From Octopus bimaculoides (lineage: Eukaryota), in NCBI RefSeq assembly GCF_001194135.2, contig NC_068982.1:191882354-191915540 (forward strand): a DNA stretch of 33,187 nucleotides. Direction: 5' to 3'. The notes under the pieces were generated by a model, which saw only the letters and a program-made list of their open reading frames with translations, searched no databases and had not been told where the DNA came from. This document shows positions 22,630 through 33,187 of the stretch, piece by piece (positions within the stretch are counted from its first letter, which is position 1; the number at the start of each line of letters is the position of its first letter). The position numbers were made by a program, and so were the translations under genes.

Positions 22630-23372
22630 ACTACACCATGACTAAAAATAACTTCCTCTATACGGATTAGCACATAATAAGTGTATTTGAAAAGCTGAAC
22701 AACGAAAACGCTTTTCACATAAAATACACACTAACGAAAACATCTTTCCCAAAGATTCGTGGCAATCTGTTTTGCGAAAATGAAGAAGAAGAAAAATTAA
22801 ATGGTTAATAACTTTTAAGGGAATATTTCTTTATATGACAATATCAAGTGTTTCACAAAAGCTTTTAAATATGGTGGTGCCTAATCGCTAGATATTCGGT
22901 TAGGCACCTCGAGCGAACCACCAGAGTTTCATAGGATTGATATATAAACTGACCAACCAGCTGTGGCATGATATGGCTAGCTCAGATGTTCTAAAACTTA
23001 ACACCTTTTCACCTTATAAAAACCAGTTGTCGCCCAACGCATCGCAGTGTTGAGAGCGACTGACTGATTCACACACCTCACCTCTTACCAAACAGACGAC
23101 CTCCGGCATTCAGGCAGATGACTTTGCACATTGCGCAGGCGATTTCGGATTCTCGATTCTGAACATTCACATGATGTCTTATAAGTAGATTTTACGGACG
23201 CTGCGGGGTTTTTTTCTCTCCTCCCATTCAGCAATAATATTGTTAATATTTTTCATTGTAAATAGCCAACACCAAATATCTTGTCCGGCAATAAATATGA
23301 AAGTTGCAGGTTCGTGAGTTTGTGTCATCTATTATTCACGCAGCCAACGACATTTCACACGTTCTAATGAGT

Positions 23373-23690
23373 GTGGAGGCACGTGGCTTAGCGGTTAGGG
23401 GATTCGGTTCAAGAACATAAGGTCGTGAGGTCATTTCCTGGGGGCGCGTTGCGTCATTGAGCAAGACTACTACTCAACTGGCAAATATGAGTTGTACATT
23501 TATTTCAAAGGGCCAGCCTTGTAACATTCTGTGTCTTACCGAATCTCCCTCAGAACTACGTTAAGGGCACGTGTGTCCGTGGAGTGCTCAGCCACTTGCA
23601 CGTTAATTTCACGTTAATTTCACGAGCAAGCTGTTCCGTTAATCGGATCGCTTGCAACATTCATTGACGTAACCGATGGAGAACCAGTTT
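23373..23690 (+). mobile_element. tRNA-derived SINE with ttgagcaagac central motif and a different 3' tail
   Basis: ggcacgtggcttagcggttagg (A box), degenerate B box gtgaggtcatttcc, ttgagcaagact, tail gtggagtgctcagccacttgcacgttaatttcacg (local duplication). Confidence 0.75.
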
Positions 23691-24812
23691 AAATGAGTGT
23701 GTTTTTAGTGAATTCTGGAAAAAACTTTCTGTAGTTATTAGTGGTGGTCACGGTGGAGCTATGATTGAGGCGCACAGCTGCTAGTTGTTGTTGTTAGGGT
23801 GGTGTTAGGGGCAGAGGGTTAGGGTTGTAAGATTTGTGCAAGGATTAATGTGGTTAATAGCCTGGTGGTATTTACAGTAGAGGGTAACGGAGACATGGTG
23901 ATAAAGGAACGGTGGTGTAACAATGCCTTTTCAATGGGAAGAGTAAAAGTCTGTCAGGTGTTCGATATTAGCTGAAGGTTTAGTTTTCATTAAACAATCA
24001 ATAATGACATCCGTTCGATCTGTTCAATAACAAAGAGAGATAAATCAAAGCGAAAACAATAATCATTCCGTTCACCTGAATCTGTTGGGGTGGGGGGATC
24101 AGCACGTGCATACGAGGGGTGGGGGTGCCTACAATTTGTATATGTCTTTGTGTTACGTACGTGGTGCGCATGTCTTGTATGTGTATACGTTGTATACAAA
24201 AGCGTGTTGTATGTGTCACGTGCGTATATTGTACATACGCTATTATGTCTATGTCTATCGCATTTGCATTTGTGTTGTGTATGCCTGTTTGCAGGAATGT
24301 GTAAGTTTAAACGGACTATCGTGTATGCACGTATGTGTACGTACGTGTTTGTATGTACTGTGTGTATGTGTGTGTCATGATATGTGTGAATATTGTGTGT
24401 ATATATCTATGTGTCTTATTTGCCTATGTTGCATGTGTGTGTATGTGTGCATGTGTGTGTATGTGTGCATGTGTTTGTTGTATTATATATGTGAGTGATA
24501 ACGAATGTTTCCTAAGAAACATCTCCTACACCCCAACCCCATCACATCACAAGATTTCTCCATATCCCCAATTAATGAATTTTCAATAATTATTTTTTCC
24601 TCAAACAATGATATCCAAGAGGTTTTCTTTTGCAACCCATTAAAATTTGCTTCACTATTCAAATATTTTCAAAAATGTCTTCTTTTATATCGTGCGACGA
24701 TCGGAAGCGAGAAACTCGGAATAAACATTTATAAGGTTTCAGCTTTATGTATGTATGTTTGTGTGTTTGTGTGTTTGTGTGTATGTATTATGTATGCTTA
24801 TACACACACATA

Positions 24813-25395
24813 CAGTAATGCCTCGATATGCGATTTAATTTGTTCCTGGAGACTTCTGGTAAAGTGAAAACTTGTAAAGCAGAGCAATAATTTCCCGTAG
24901 TAGCAATGTTATAAATCGTAATTCATTCCCAGAAAAATATTTTACCTATAAAATCTATAATACTTGTAAATAAATGGCAATAAAACAAAAGTAGAATATA
25001 AAGAATATTTTATGTTAAGTAAAAAGAATGTCAAAATCATTTATAATGAAAAATGTTATTATTATTATTATCGTTTTTTGAATCACTTTCACTCGGATTA
25101 GACTTGTGCACACCCTCACTTGTAGATGTGATCGCCAATTCACCAGCACTCGTAGACGGACTTGTAGATTTCTTTAAAAACAAAAGTCTAGAGTTATTTG
25201 CTTAGAAGCTTTTTTTTTTGCCTCTATAAATGTTTCGGTAACACTCACAGGCATTTGTTATGGTAGTGTCGCCACATGTTGCGACATTGCCATACACACA
25301 CAAAATGGCTGTTTAACTTTTTTATATTTATTATAAAATAAACTCGTAAACCTGGGGTTTTGTAAAGCGAGTCCTCGTAAAGTGAGGTATTACCA
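24813..25395. mobile_element. Non-autonomous pogo/Tigger-like DNA transposon remnant
   Basis: Left end TA|cagtaatgcctcgatatgcga and right end tcgtaaagtgaggtattac form imperfect TIRs starting CAGT, typical of pogo/Tigger. Confidence 0.55.
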
Positions 25396-25514
25396 AATTT
25401 GCGTTGGGGCTTCTGCAGTGTGTGAATGGATAATTGAATGAACTTGCCGTGAGGAGTGGAATATCCAACGTTTCAGATGTAATCCTTCGTTGGGGGGTAC
25501 AAATACACACATAC

Positions 25515-26100
25515 AACGAAATGATAGCATCATAATAGAGGAATCTGATATGATATCGGCTATTGATGAAATGAGCTCAAACCATGATCGATTCCCATCA
25601 ATCCTCCGAAAGAAATGTAAAAGAGCTCTAGCAAGGTCACTTCAGAATGGCTTTCGCTCAGGCAGAAGCTGCTTTACACAGCTTTTGCAACACTATGACT
25701 GAATATTGAAACAACTAATGAATTGCTCAAACGTGGATGTGATATATTTTGACTTTGCAAAGGCCTTTGATAAGGTCGATCATGGGATGATATGTCACAA
25801 GCTACAGAGACTTGGCATAACTGGGAAACTCAGAGTGGTTGCATGACTTCTTAAAAGGCAGAAGCCAGGCTGTAGCAGCCAACGGAGCCCACTCCAAGGA
25901 GACAGTAATAGAGAGTAGACTGCCTCAGGGAACTGTATTGGGGCCATTGCTGTTCATGGTTGCTCTTTCAGACATGCCATCAGTCACACAGATAGTCACA
26001 CTTACTATCTATGCCAATGACACAAAAGTACTACATGCAGCCCCAAAACCTTCTGATGCTAATCTTCTACAGAAAGAACTATATGCCGTATATAAATTGG
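25515..26100 (+). mobile_element. CR1/L2-group LINE reverse transcriptase fragment (pseudogenised)
   Basis: QNGFRSGRSCFTQLLQHYD*..VDVIYFDFAKAFDKVDHGMICHKL..HDFLKGRSQAVAANG..LPQGTVLGPLLF..YANDTKV (YADD degenerated to YAND), with stops and frameshifts. Confidence 0.9.
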
Positions 26101-26227
26101 AGCAGGACCGCAAATTACCAATCCCCAACGTTTACCAATCACCAACGACTGTTTTACGCGTGTATATATATATATATATATCTTTGCAAATTAATTTTTC
26201 GTGAATTATTTGGCCCTGTATGGAGAT

Positions 26228-26367
<140 letters not shown>

Positions 26368-27602
26368 AGTACAGTATAATGCTCGTCCAACTTTAAATTT
26401 CACCCTGTGCTATCCAGTAGGAGTGTTATACGCATTTCCAGGTTTGCGTTTTGGCAGCTGTTGAGTGTGAAGAGACAATTGAAAAAAATGAAGTCAACAA
26501 GAAGGAAGACGGTTGGACATTTATTTTTTAATCCCCACAATTGTTTCCACGCAACGTGGTTCTCCAGTGGTGTAGGTACTTGATTATGCAACTGCATTAT
26601 GAGATCTAGTTGTGTTTCCTCGGGCAATATGTAAATATTGTCCCCGTAAGTTCACATTCTTAATTATATACATAAATTTCCAGACTATGGACATGGGTTA
26701 GAATAAGAACAGTAATAAACGAGTGAAGAACGAATATATAGTGCGTGTGTTTATTTGGCAAAAAAAAAAATATATATATGAAGGGCACAAGCCCTTATAT
26801 ACACACATAAGCACGCATGCGAAACACACACGTGTACGCACATGCACGCACACACGCACACACACACACGCACACGCACACGCACATACACACACGCACA
26901 CACACACACACAAAGGCATATAAGGATATACATATATATATATATATATATATANNNNNNNNNNACAAAAATATGGAAAAAGACCTTTTTTTCGAACAAC
27001 GAAATAAATAAATAGAGAAATGAGACAGGCAACATAAAGAACAATCCCTTCATCAGTTGTCCCCTGTTTTATCTACTCTGCATTTCGAACGTAGGAATGG
27101 CCATTTTTCTTTTCTTTTTTTTTTTGCCAAATAAACACACGCAATATATATTGGTTCTTCACTCGCTCCTTATTGATGTCCATTGTCCGCAAGTCTTTCG
27201 TTACACATCTTCAGCGACCGTCCTTGGGTCCTGCTCTGCTTAGTCTATTCTGTTCTTCCATGCTGTGTATCCTTATATGCCTTTGTGTGTGTGTGTGTGC
27301 GTGTGTGTATGTGCGTGTGCGTGTGTGTGCGTGTTCGTGTGTGTGTGTGCGTGCGTGCGTGCATGTGCGTACACGTGTGTGTTTCGCATGCGTGCTTATG
27401 TGTGTATATAAGGGCTTGTGCCCTTCATAGTGTTGCTATCGTTATCATCGTTGTTCTTACTGGTACTTCGACCTTCCCCTCAACTACGTCTTCTCTTCTG
27501 TCGTTGCTGCTCTTCACCTTTACTTTTGATTTTGTTCTTCTATCTTTCTGTGTTTGTGTGTTCGTTCCTGTTGTTGTTATCGTGGTTGTTGTTGTTGTTG
27601 TT

Positions 27603-27639
<37 letters not shown>

Positions 27640-27649
27640 NNNNNNNNNN

Positions 27650-27690
<41 letters not shown>

Positions 27691-28332
27691 CTGGACGTTG
27701 TTGGTATTAGTTAAATTGTTAAATATTGAGACACGTAACTGTATATAGTTTATTGTGTATTTGTTTATCTTAATTTATAAAGTCTTTTAGAAGATGGTCG
27801 ATATTTTAGAGAAGAATTTTACGCAAAAAGCCACTTTCGCCTGTAAAACGCGACGTCTTTACATAAGTCAGATTTTTTAATAAGAAATTTTTAATTCCAG
27901 CCAAAAACAGTTGTCTTTTTCTGTGGCTGTTTCCGAGCAGGTTCGGGAATAATATTCTCGAAAATCACTTTCTATANNNNNNNNNNNNNNNNNNNNNNNN
28001 NNNNNNNNNNNNNNNNNNNNNNNNNNNNNNNNNNNNNNNNNNNNNNNNNNNNNNNNNNNNNNNNNNNNNNNNNNNNNNNNNNNNNNNNNNNNNNNNNNNN
28101 NNNNNNNNNNNNNNNNNNNNNNNNNNNNNNNNNNNNNNNNNNNNNNNNNNNNNNNNNNNNNNNNNNNNNNNNNNNNNNNNNNNNNNNNNNNNNNNNNNNN
28201 NNNNNNNNNNNNNNNNNNNNNNNNNNNNNNNNNNNNNNNNNNNNNNNNNNNNNNNNNATATATATCCGCTTGCCTTGATAATCATTTCATGTAAAGTTAC
28301 CCGTTTCTAATGCACACCATGAGAATAATGTG

Positions 28333-28899
28333 TCAATCGTAATAAATGGCATAGACACAAACCACAGCTGACAGCGAATCATTGGAGAAGACAACGGTAA
28401 CAGATCGATCCCGATCCGGATCACTGAGACACCGGCTGCCAAAGATCAAATCATTGTTAGCCCCTTTAGGATTGATCAATATTTCAACAATGATTTTATA
28501 TCGAAGAAAACCGAGAGATTTAATTTGGTTCCGTAGTTGGTCCCCAATATCTCTTGTCTTTAGTTTCCAATCTTTGTCGTCGTATTCAACATTGGTCAGT
28601 TCTTCACACAGATATTCATAAACGGCGTTCTTTACCTTAGATTCGACGAATTTACTGTCTGGGTGTGGGTCGATTCGATACGTATTCTGTTGCCGGATCT
28701 TCGGCAAACATTCTATATCACTGCTGGTCGCCATACTCAAACGATGAAAGTTGGACAAAGCCAATTGTTTGAACTGGAAAGATGAACGTCGACGATGAGC
28801 GTTCGGGAAAACAGATGGTCGACGTTTCTGATTGGTTGCATTGCTCCCGTCTGTTGTGCCATCAGTGACGTCAGACTTGACACTGGGACAAATCCGGAC
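28333..28899 (-). CDS. Tctex-1 domain dynein light chain (TCTEX1D1/DYNLT5-like family member), terminal coding exon
   Basis: Uninterrupted frame ...NTYRIDP..KF....VK..VYEYL...L....YD......IGDQLRNQIKSLGFLRYKIIVEILI.......FGSRCLSD...DRSVTVVFSNDSLSAVVCVYAIYYD* matches the Tctex-1 family pattern (NTY, RYK, SRCLxD, terminal YAxYYE/D). A polypyrimidine tract plus CAG acceptor lies immediately before 28899 (phase 0). First in-frame ATG is at 28734 (MATSS). Paralogue not resolvable by eye. Confidence 0.9.
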   Translation of the reverse strand, partial: VRICPSVKSDVTDGTTDGSNATNQKRRPSVFPNAHRRRSSFQFKQLALSNFHRLSMATSSDIECLPKIRQQNTYRIDPHPDSKFVESKVKNAVYEYLCEELTNVEYDDKDWKLKTRDIGDQLRNQIKSLGFLRYKIIVEILINPKGANNDLIFGSRCLSDPDRDRSVTVVFSNDSLSAVVCVYAIYYD

Positions 28900-28965
28900 C
28901 TGACAAACAAAACGCAAAGACAACGAATTGAAAAGCATAAAAAGAAAAACTTGAGTCAGAAGTTG

Positions 28966-29085
28966 GTACTAATTAGTGTGTTAATTAATAGAGCGGTACT
29001 AATCAGTTGTGTTAATTAATTGAGCTGTACTAATCGGTTGTTAATTAATATAGCCATACTAATTAGTTACGTTAATTAATAGATT
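28966..29085. repeat. About 30-bp tandem repeat x4 with TACTAAT and GTTAATTAAT motifs
   Basis: Units tactaattagtgtgttaattaatagagcgg / tactaatcagttgtgttaattaattgagctg / tactaatcggttgttaattaatatagcca / tactaattagttacgttaattaatag. Confidence 0.85.
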
Positions 29086-29232
29086 TGTTTTACAGCGCTA
29101 TTTTATTCCATCGCTGACCGACTGACCAACTGAGGCCCATGGAGTTACAAGCAGAGACTTGTGCACAAGCAGTTATTGCATCGCGGTTTATTTACGAACC
29201 AACGAGGGAACCTCTACCGGGCTGCATGACCT

Positions 29233-29395
29233 GTTAGAAATAGAAGCCAAATCTTTCTCAAATTACACCAAATCGTCCTAAGCAAGAATGGATATATTAA
29301 TAGTCTTAGATACGGAATAATCATGATTGAAACGCCATTGATGATAAATCTTGTCTGCCAAGCATGTCCTGGGGTTAAACGACAATAACAGCAGC
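29233..29395 (+). repeat. Interspersed AAC-tail repeat copy
   Basis: gttagaaatagaagccaaatc...cctggggttaaacgacaataacagcagc. Confidence 0.45.
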
Positions 29396-30119
29396 ACGTT
29401 CCTTTACAGATCCCTGCATCAAGAACGACATTAATGCATTGGCTGCCATTGACCTCCCAGTTCGACAGGAACCGAGGAATATTCCAGATTTGGGTCTCCC
29501 TTCCATCTAAGTCCAACCATTCATAGACGCTAAACTATAAACTTCCACTTTGCATATAAACTGGGTACATTAAAGGACAAAGTATTTTGAATGAAATTAA
29601 TATCCAAACATTGAGAATGAATGTGCAACTGAATAATTAAATAGATAATTAAATATAATTAAACATATAATTAACGAATTTTCTGGAACATACCACGTTT
29701 TTATTAAATTATTTTTAAATGTGTAGCTAGAGTGCCTGTGGAATTAAACTAAGAAATCTAATAATAAAAGCTCAACACTTTTCTTAAACGCAACTTTTTG
29801 TGTTTATGCTTGCGGTGGCATTCGCCCCGGGGTGGACTGAGCCAGCTCCGACCAATGGAGTTCACCATGTCATTCACGAATGCTGACCACATCCAACGGT
29901 CGGCACTAATGTTTCAGAGCAGGTAAAGTAATGCTTCTGCCTTCGACCCAAAAATCCATCTTGCAAATTTGACAAATGTGCCACAAAGAGAGCAAGCGTC
30001 GACATTCGTTGTTGAAGGGCAGAGTTCATGTTTGGAGTTTCAGTGGGAATACATGAAAACGCAACTTCATATGTTACACACTGACATCTGACATCATAAT
30101 AAGTGGTTTAAAAAAAAAT

Positions 30120-30385
30120 TTTTGTAATAATTTGAATTTAATAGGAACTTGTTTTCGAGTAGTTTCTTTGACAAAGGAAAGATTAAAGAAGGCATCCTTG
30201 TGAATTCGGTATTGAGTTGACACGAACATAAATGTTCACATTCAAAGGCTTGCCAGTCCACTTCATGGTTCCAGCGGACAAAATGGAAAAGGCGTTGCCA
30301 TGTGTCTAATGCAGCCATATTACAGATGGGAGACCAAGTGTTTTAGGCTAAAGAGCTGGATAAATCCGCAAGGCACAATAACTGT
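30120..30385 (-). mobile_element. Possible Penelope-like GIY-YIG remnant
   Basis: Degenerate minus-strand segments (IVPCG.., LFHFVRWNHEVDWQ) resemble the CxC and SAL..H...H.IDW motifs of PLE endonucleases. Heavily eroded. Confidence 0.35.
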
Positions 30386-30987
30386 TACTAATACTAGTAA
30401 TAAAATATTGAAAACCTACTAAAATATCAGTTTCTTAGCCTCCTTCCCTCGCATGCGTAACCTACATTTATTATGTGTGTTACATTATTTAATGGCTGGG
30501 TTGCATCTAAGGAACCTTTTTTTTAATTATCTAGAAAAATTATTTTAGAAAGATTAAAGGAACGTTAAACTTTCATCCTCCTATTAGCTATTTCAGCTAT
30601 TTGCAAACAAGTGGATGACAACAAAACCATAGCGGTGGTGAGCTAATCTGGTGAGCCACCCTGGTGGTCAATGATGCTGACACAAAAATTCATATTGAAA
30701 TATACGAGTTTTACATCTTGTATGGGAATTATCTTGACCGAAAAATAAACAAATATACAACTGAGCTAAAAAAAAAAATGATAAAATTGATGTGTGGTAC
30801 TCCCATCACATTGTTAATTTACAATAAATTTATGGTTTTACACTTTATTTCAGTAAACTGTCACAGCATTGTAATTACATGCATCGAATCGTACATTTTC
30901 CTCTGCAAACCACTTTAAATACCCTTCAATAAGACTATGATAAAACATACTAAAATTGTTTTTTCCACAAACTATACTTGCTAAAAA

Positions 30988-31036
30988 GGGGTGCGTCTTA
31001 TGCAAGGACGCTTCTTATACTCAGGTAAATATGGTA
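30988..31036. mobile_element. Isolated Tc1/pogo-type terminal inverted repeat fragment
   Basis: ggggtgcgtcttat...cttatactcaggtaaatatgg|ta resembles the reverse complement of CCGTATTTACxCGAGTATAAGACGCACC-type TIRs. No partner TIR identified. Confidence 0.4.
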
Positions 31037-31439
31037 AATTTAAAATTAAGTCGATAATTAAATCTATAATTAAATAGATAATTATATATATATATATATA
31101 TATATNNNNNNNNNNNNNNNNNNNNNNNNNNNNNNNNNNNNNNNNNNNNNNNNNNNNNNNNNNNNNNNNNNNNNNNNNNNNNNNNNNNNNNNNNNNNNNN
31201 NNNNNNNNNNNNNNNNNNNNNNNNNNNNNNNNNNNNNNNNNNNNNNNNNNNNNNNNNNNNNNNNNNNNNNNNNNNNNNNNNNNNNNNNNNNNNNNNNNNN
31301 NNNNNNNNNNNNNNNNNNNNNNNNNNNNNNNNNNNNNNNNNNNNNNNNNNNNNNNNNNNNNNNNNNNNNNNNNNNNNNNNNNNNNNNNNNNNNNNNNNNN
31401 NNNNNNNNNNNNNNNNNNNNNNNNNNNNNNNNNNNNNNN

Positions 31440-31712
31440 ATAGGTAAAAAGATCATTAAATTTATAATTAATAGTTCAATTAAGTATATATAAATAATTA
31501 ACTAGATATATAAATAAATAGATAATGATATATAATTAAATAGTTAATTAAATTTATAAATAAATATACAATTAATAGATAAATAAGATAGGTAAAAAGA
31601 TCATTAAATTTATAATTAATAGTTCAATTAAGTATATATAAATAATTAACTAGATATATAAATAAATAGATAATGATATATAATTAAATAGTTAATTAAA
31701 TATATAAATAAA
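31440..31712. repeat. 148-bp AT-rich tandem duplication adjacent to an N-gap
   Basis: ataggtaaaaagatcattaaattt... starts at 31440 and again at 31588. Confidence 0.85.
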
Positions 31713-31730
31713 CATTAATTTGAATATTTA

Positions 31731-32815
31731 TTAGGTTGGATAAGAAGACTTGTTGCATTTCAAGAGGAAAAAGAAGCAAACGCCTCTTTGAATGTTGGTA
31801 TATTTAATCAACGTGATATTTCAATTCATTAAGATAGCATCATCCCAGCTCGTTGACAAATTGTCAATTCGTTAAACATAAAATTCTTCAGGTTTTGAAA
31901 CAAAGAAACAATATCGTTTTTAATCTCTTCACAATAAACTGTTTTCTCTCTAAATAAAGCTGCAATGATTTGAGATGATAGTTAGATGTAGCAAGGTGAG
32001 AACAGTAAGGAAGATCAGGTAAAACTTTCATATTTAGTGCTATAATCTTTTCCTCAGTGGCTTGAGGAATATAAAATCTTGCATTATTGTGTCACAGAAT
32101 CACCTCTTTATGACTGACCAATGAAGAGTGATTCTTCAGTAAATTTTCTCGAGTTCTGGTTTGTGGAGAGATTCTCTCTTTTCATTGGGTGCCAAGAATA
32201 TCGTTTTCATTGGATATGGTTACAGAGAACCCACTTTTCATCACTTGTGCTGATTTTACCCAGGGAAAGTTCGATAGTAAGTCTCCTCATCAATGACGAG
32301 CAGATGGCAACTCTTTGATTAAGCTGAGAAGCATTGAGATGACGAGGAATCCATTGACCAAGTTTAGACACTTTTCTTAGTTCCTGAATATGTCTCATGA
32401 TCAAAGTGTTATCTGATATGAATTGTTTTGCTAATTCTCGAGCGGTTTGCTTTGGATTTTCTTCAACAACGATTTTCAGAAGCTCACTATTGACAGAACT
32501 TAATTGTTTATATCGAAGAGGATCTGCGAGAGAAAAATTTTCTGAGCATAAGTGGCCAAATCATCGCTGGCATGTCCAAACACTGAAACCATCGGTTCTA
32601 TAGACAGAACGAATATTTCTGGCCACTTCTGTTGCTGAAGTTTCCCTTGTGAATTTATAGAGCATGCTATGTCTGATATGGGTCGAAAATAAACTTATTT
32701 CAAGAGAAAGTAATCGGCAGAGAAAGGATAAAGCATTCTTTTACTGTTAAGTATTGAAAAAGTACTCTCCAAGAGATCATGTCAAAAATGTGACAGGACT
32801 TTCTTTTCAACCTAA
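31731..32815 (-). mobile_element. Mariner (DD34D) transposon, degraded and internally deleted, with both TIRs and TA duplications
   Basis: TIRs ttaggttggataagaag (31731) and cttttcaacctaa (ending 32815), each flanked by TA. Minus-strand transposase remnants: HTH region, KLGQWIPRHL (WVPHEL), STSDEKWV (TGDEKW), LPDLPYCSHLATSNYHL (LPHPPYSPDLAPSDYHL), SKPEEFY. Contains in-frame stops. Confidence 0.92.
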
Positions 32816-32965
32816 TAAATCTATATAATTTAATCATTCATTAAATTGTTAATTAATTAAAATGTTACTTACTTGCTTCGTATTATTGGAAGGTGCAGCT
32901 TCTAAAGAGGACATGATTAATTTTAATTGATATACAACGATTGTCTTAGTTAATAATAATTATTG

Positions 32966-33050
32966 TATGACTGTTATATAACCGTCGTATAACTGTCATA
33001 TGATCGTTCTATGAATGTTCTATGACTGTTCTATGACCGTTTTACGACCA
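32966..33050. repeat. About 11-bp degenerate tandem repeat (tatgactgttc-like)
   Basis: tatgatcgttc tatgaatgttc tatgactgttc tatgaccgttt. Confidence 0.6.
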
Positions 33051-33152
33051 ATATTTTACTGTTACATGTTTTCAGGACAGTTCAGTTAAAATGTAGATGT
33101 TTTGAGAGATCTCTCTCTCCCTCTCTCCCTCGCTCTCTCTCGCTCTCTCTCC

Positions 33153-33187
<35 letters not shown>

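Noticed and set aside
22876-22908. 12-bp hairpin ggtgcctaatcg/cggttaggcacc (possible Helitron 3' hairpin)
   Set aside because: No CTRR terminus at the expected distance and no other Helitron features.
29850-29930. Possible plus-strand first exon MEFTMSFTNADHIQRSALMFQSR|gtaaag
   Set aside because: Short, with no recognisable downstream exon in the window.
31731-31800. Apparent plus-strand exon after ttattag
   Set aside because: It is the mariner left TIR and subterminal sequence.

Overview
Eukaryotic, AT-rich, microsatellite-dense draft-assembly DNA with about 11 N-gaps. The SINE families and repeat landscape resemble an octopus/cephalopod genome (inference from recalled repeat sequences, not from a search). 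Only one host gene is well supported: a Tctex-1 (dynein light chain) domain coding exon on the minus strand (28333-28899, preceded by a strong splice acceptor). The rest is mostly transposon debris: (i) a 5.3-kb cluster (13.9-19.25 kb) of R4/Dong-type non-LTR retrotransposons (RT + CCHC + restriction-like endonuclease) from two families, one associated with (TAA)n and one whose ends abut (CATA)n/(TACA)n, with another truncated copy at 10.5-10.9 kb; (ii) RTE-like and CR1-like LINE fragments; (iii) Penelope-like GIY-YIG fragments; (iv) a degraded mariner with both TIRs and TA duplications, plus other Tc1/mariner/pogo remnants; (v) several tRNA-derived SINEs. The most interesting signals are the apparent (TACA)n-microsatellite targeting by an RLE LINE and four hammerhead-ribozyme-like cores (480-526, 3807-3929, 5350-5422, 19800-19833) with the very short helix III typical of Penelope-associated minimal hammerheads. 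Most ORF-track entries are microsatellite or N-gap artefacts.
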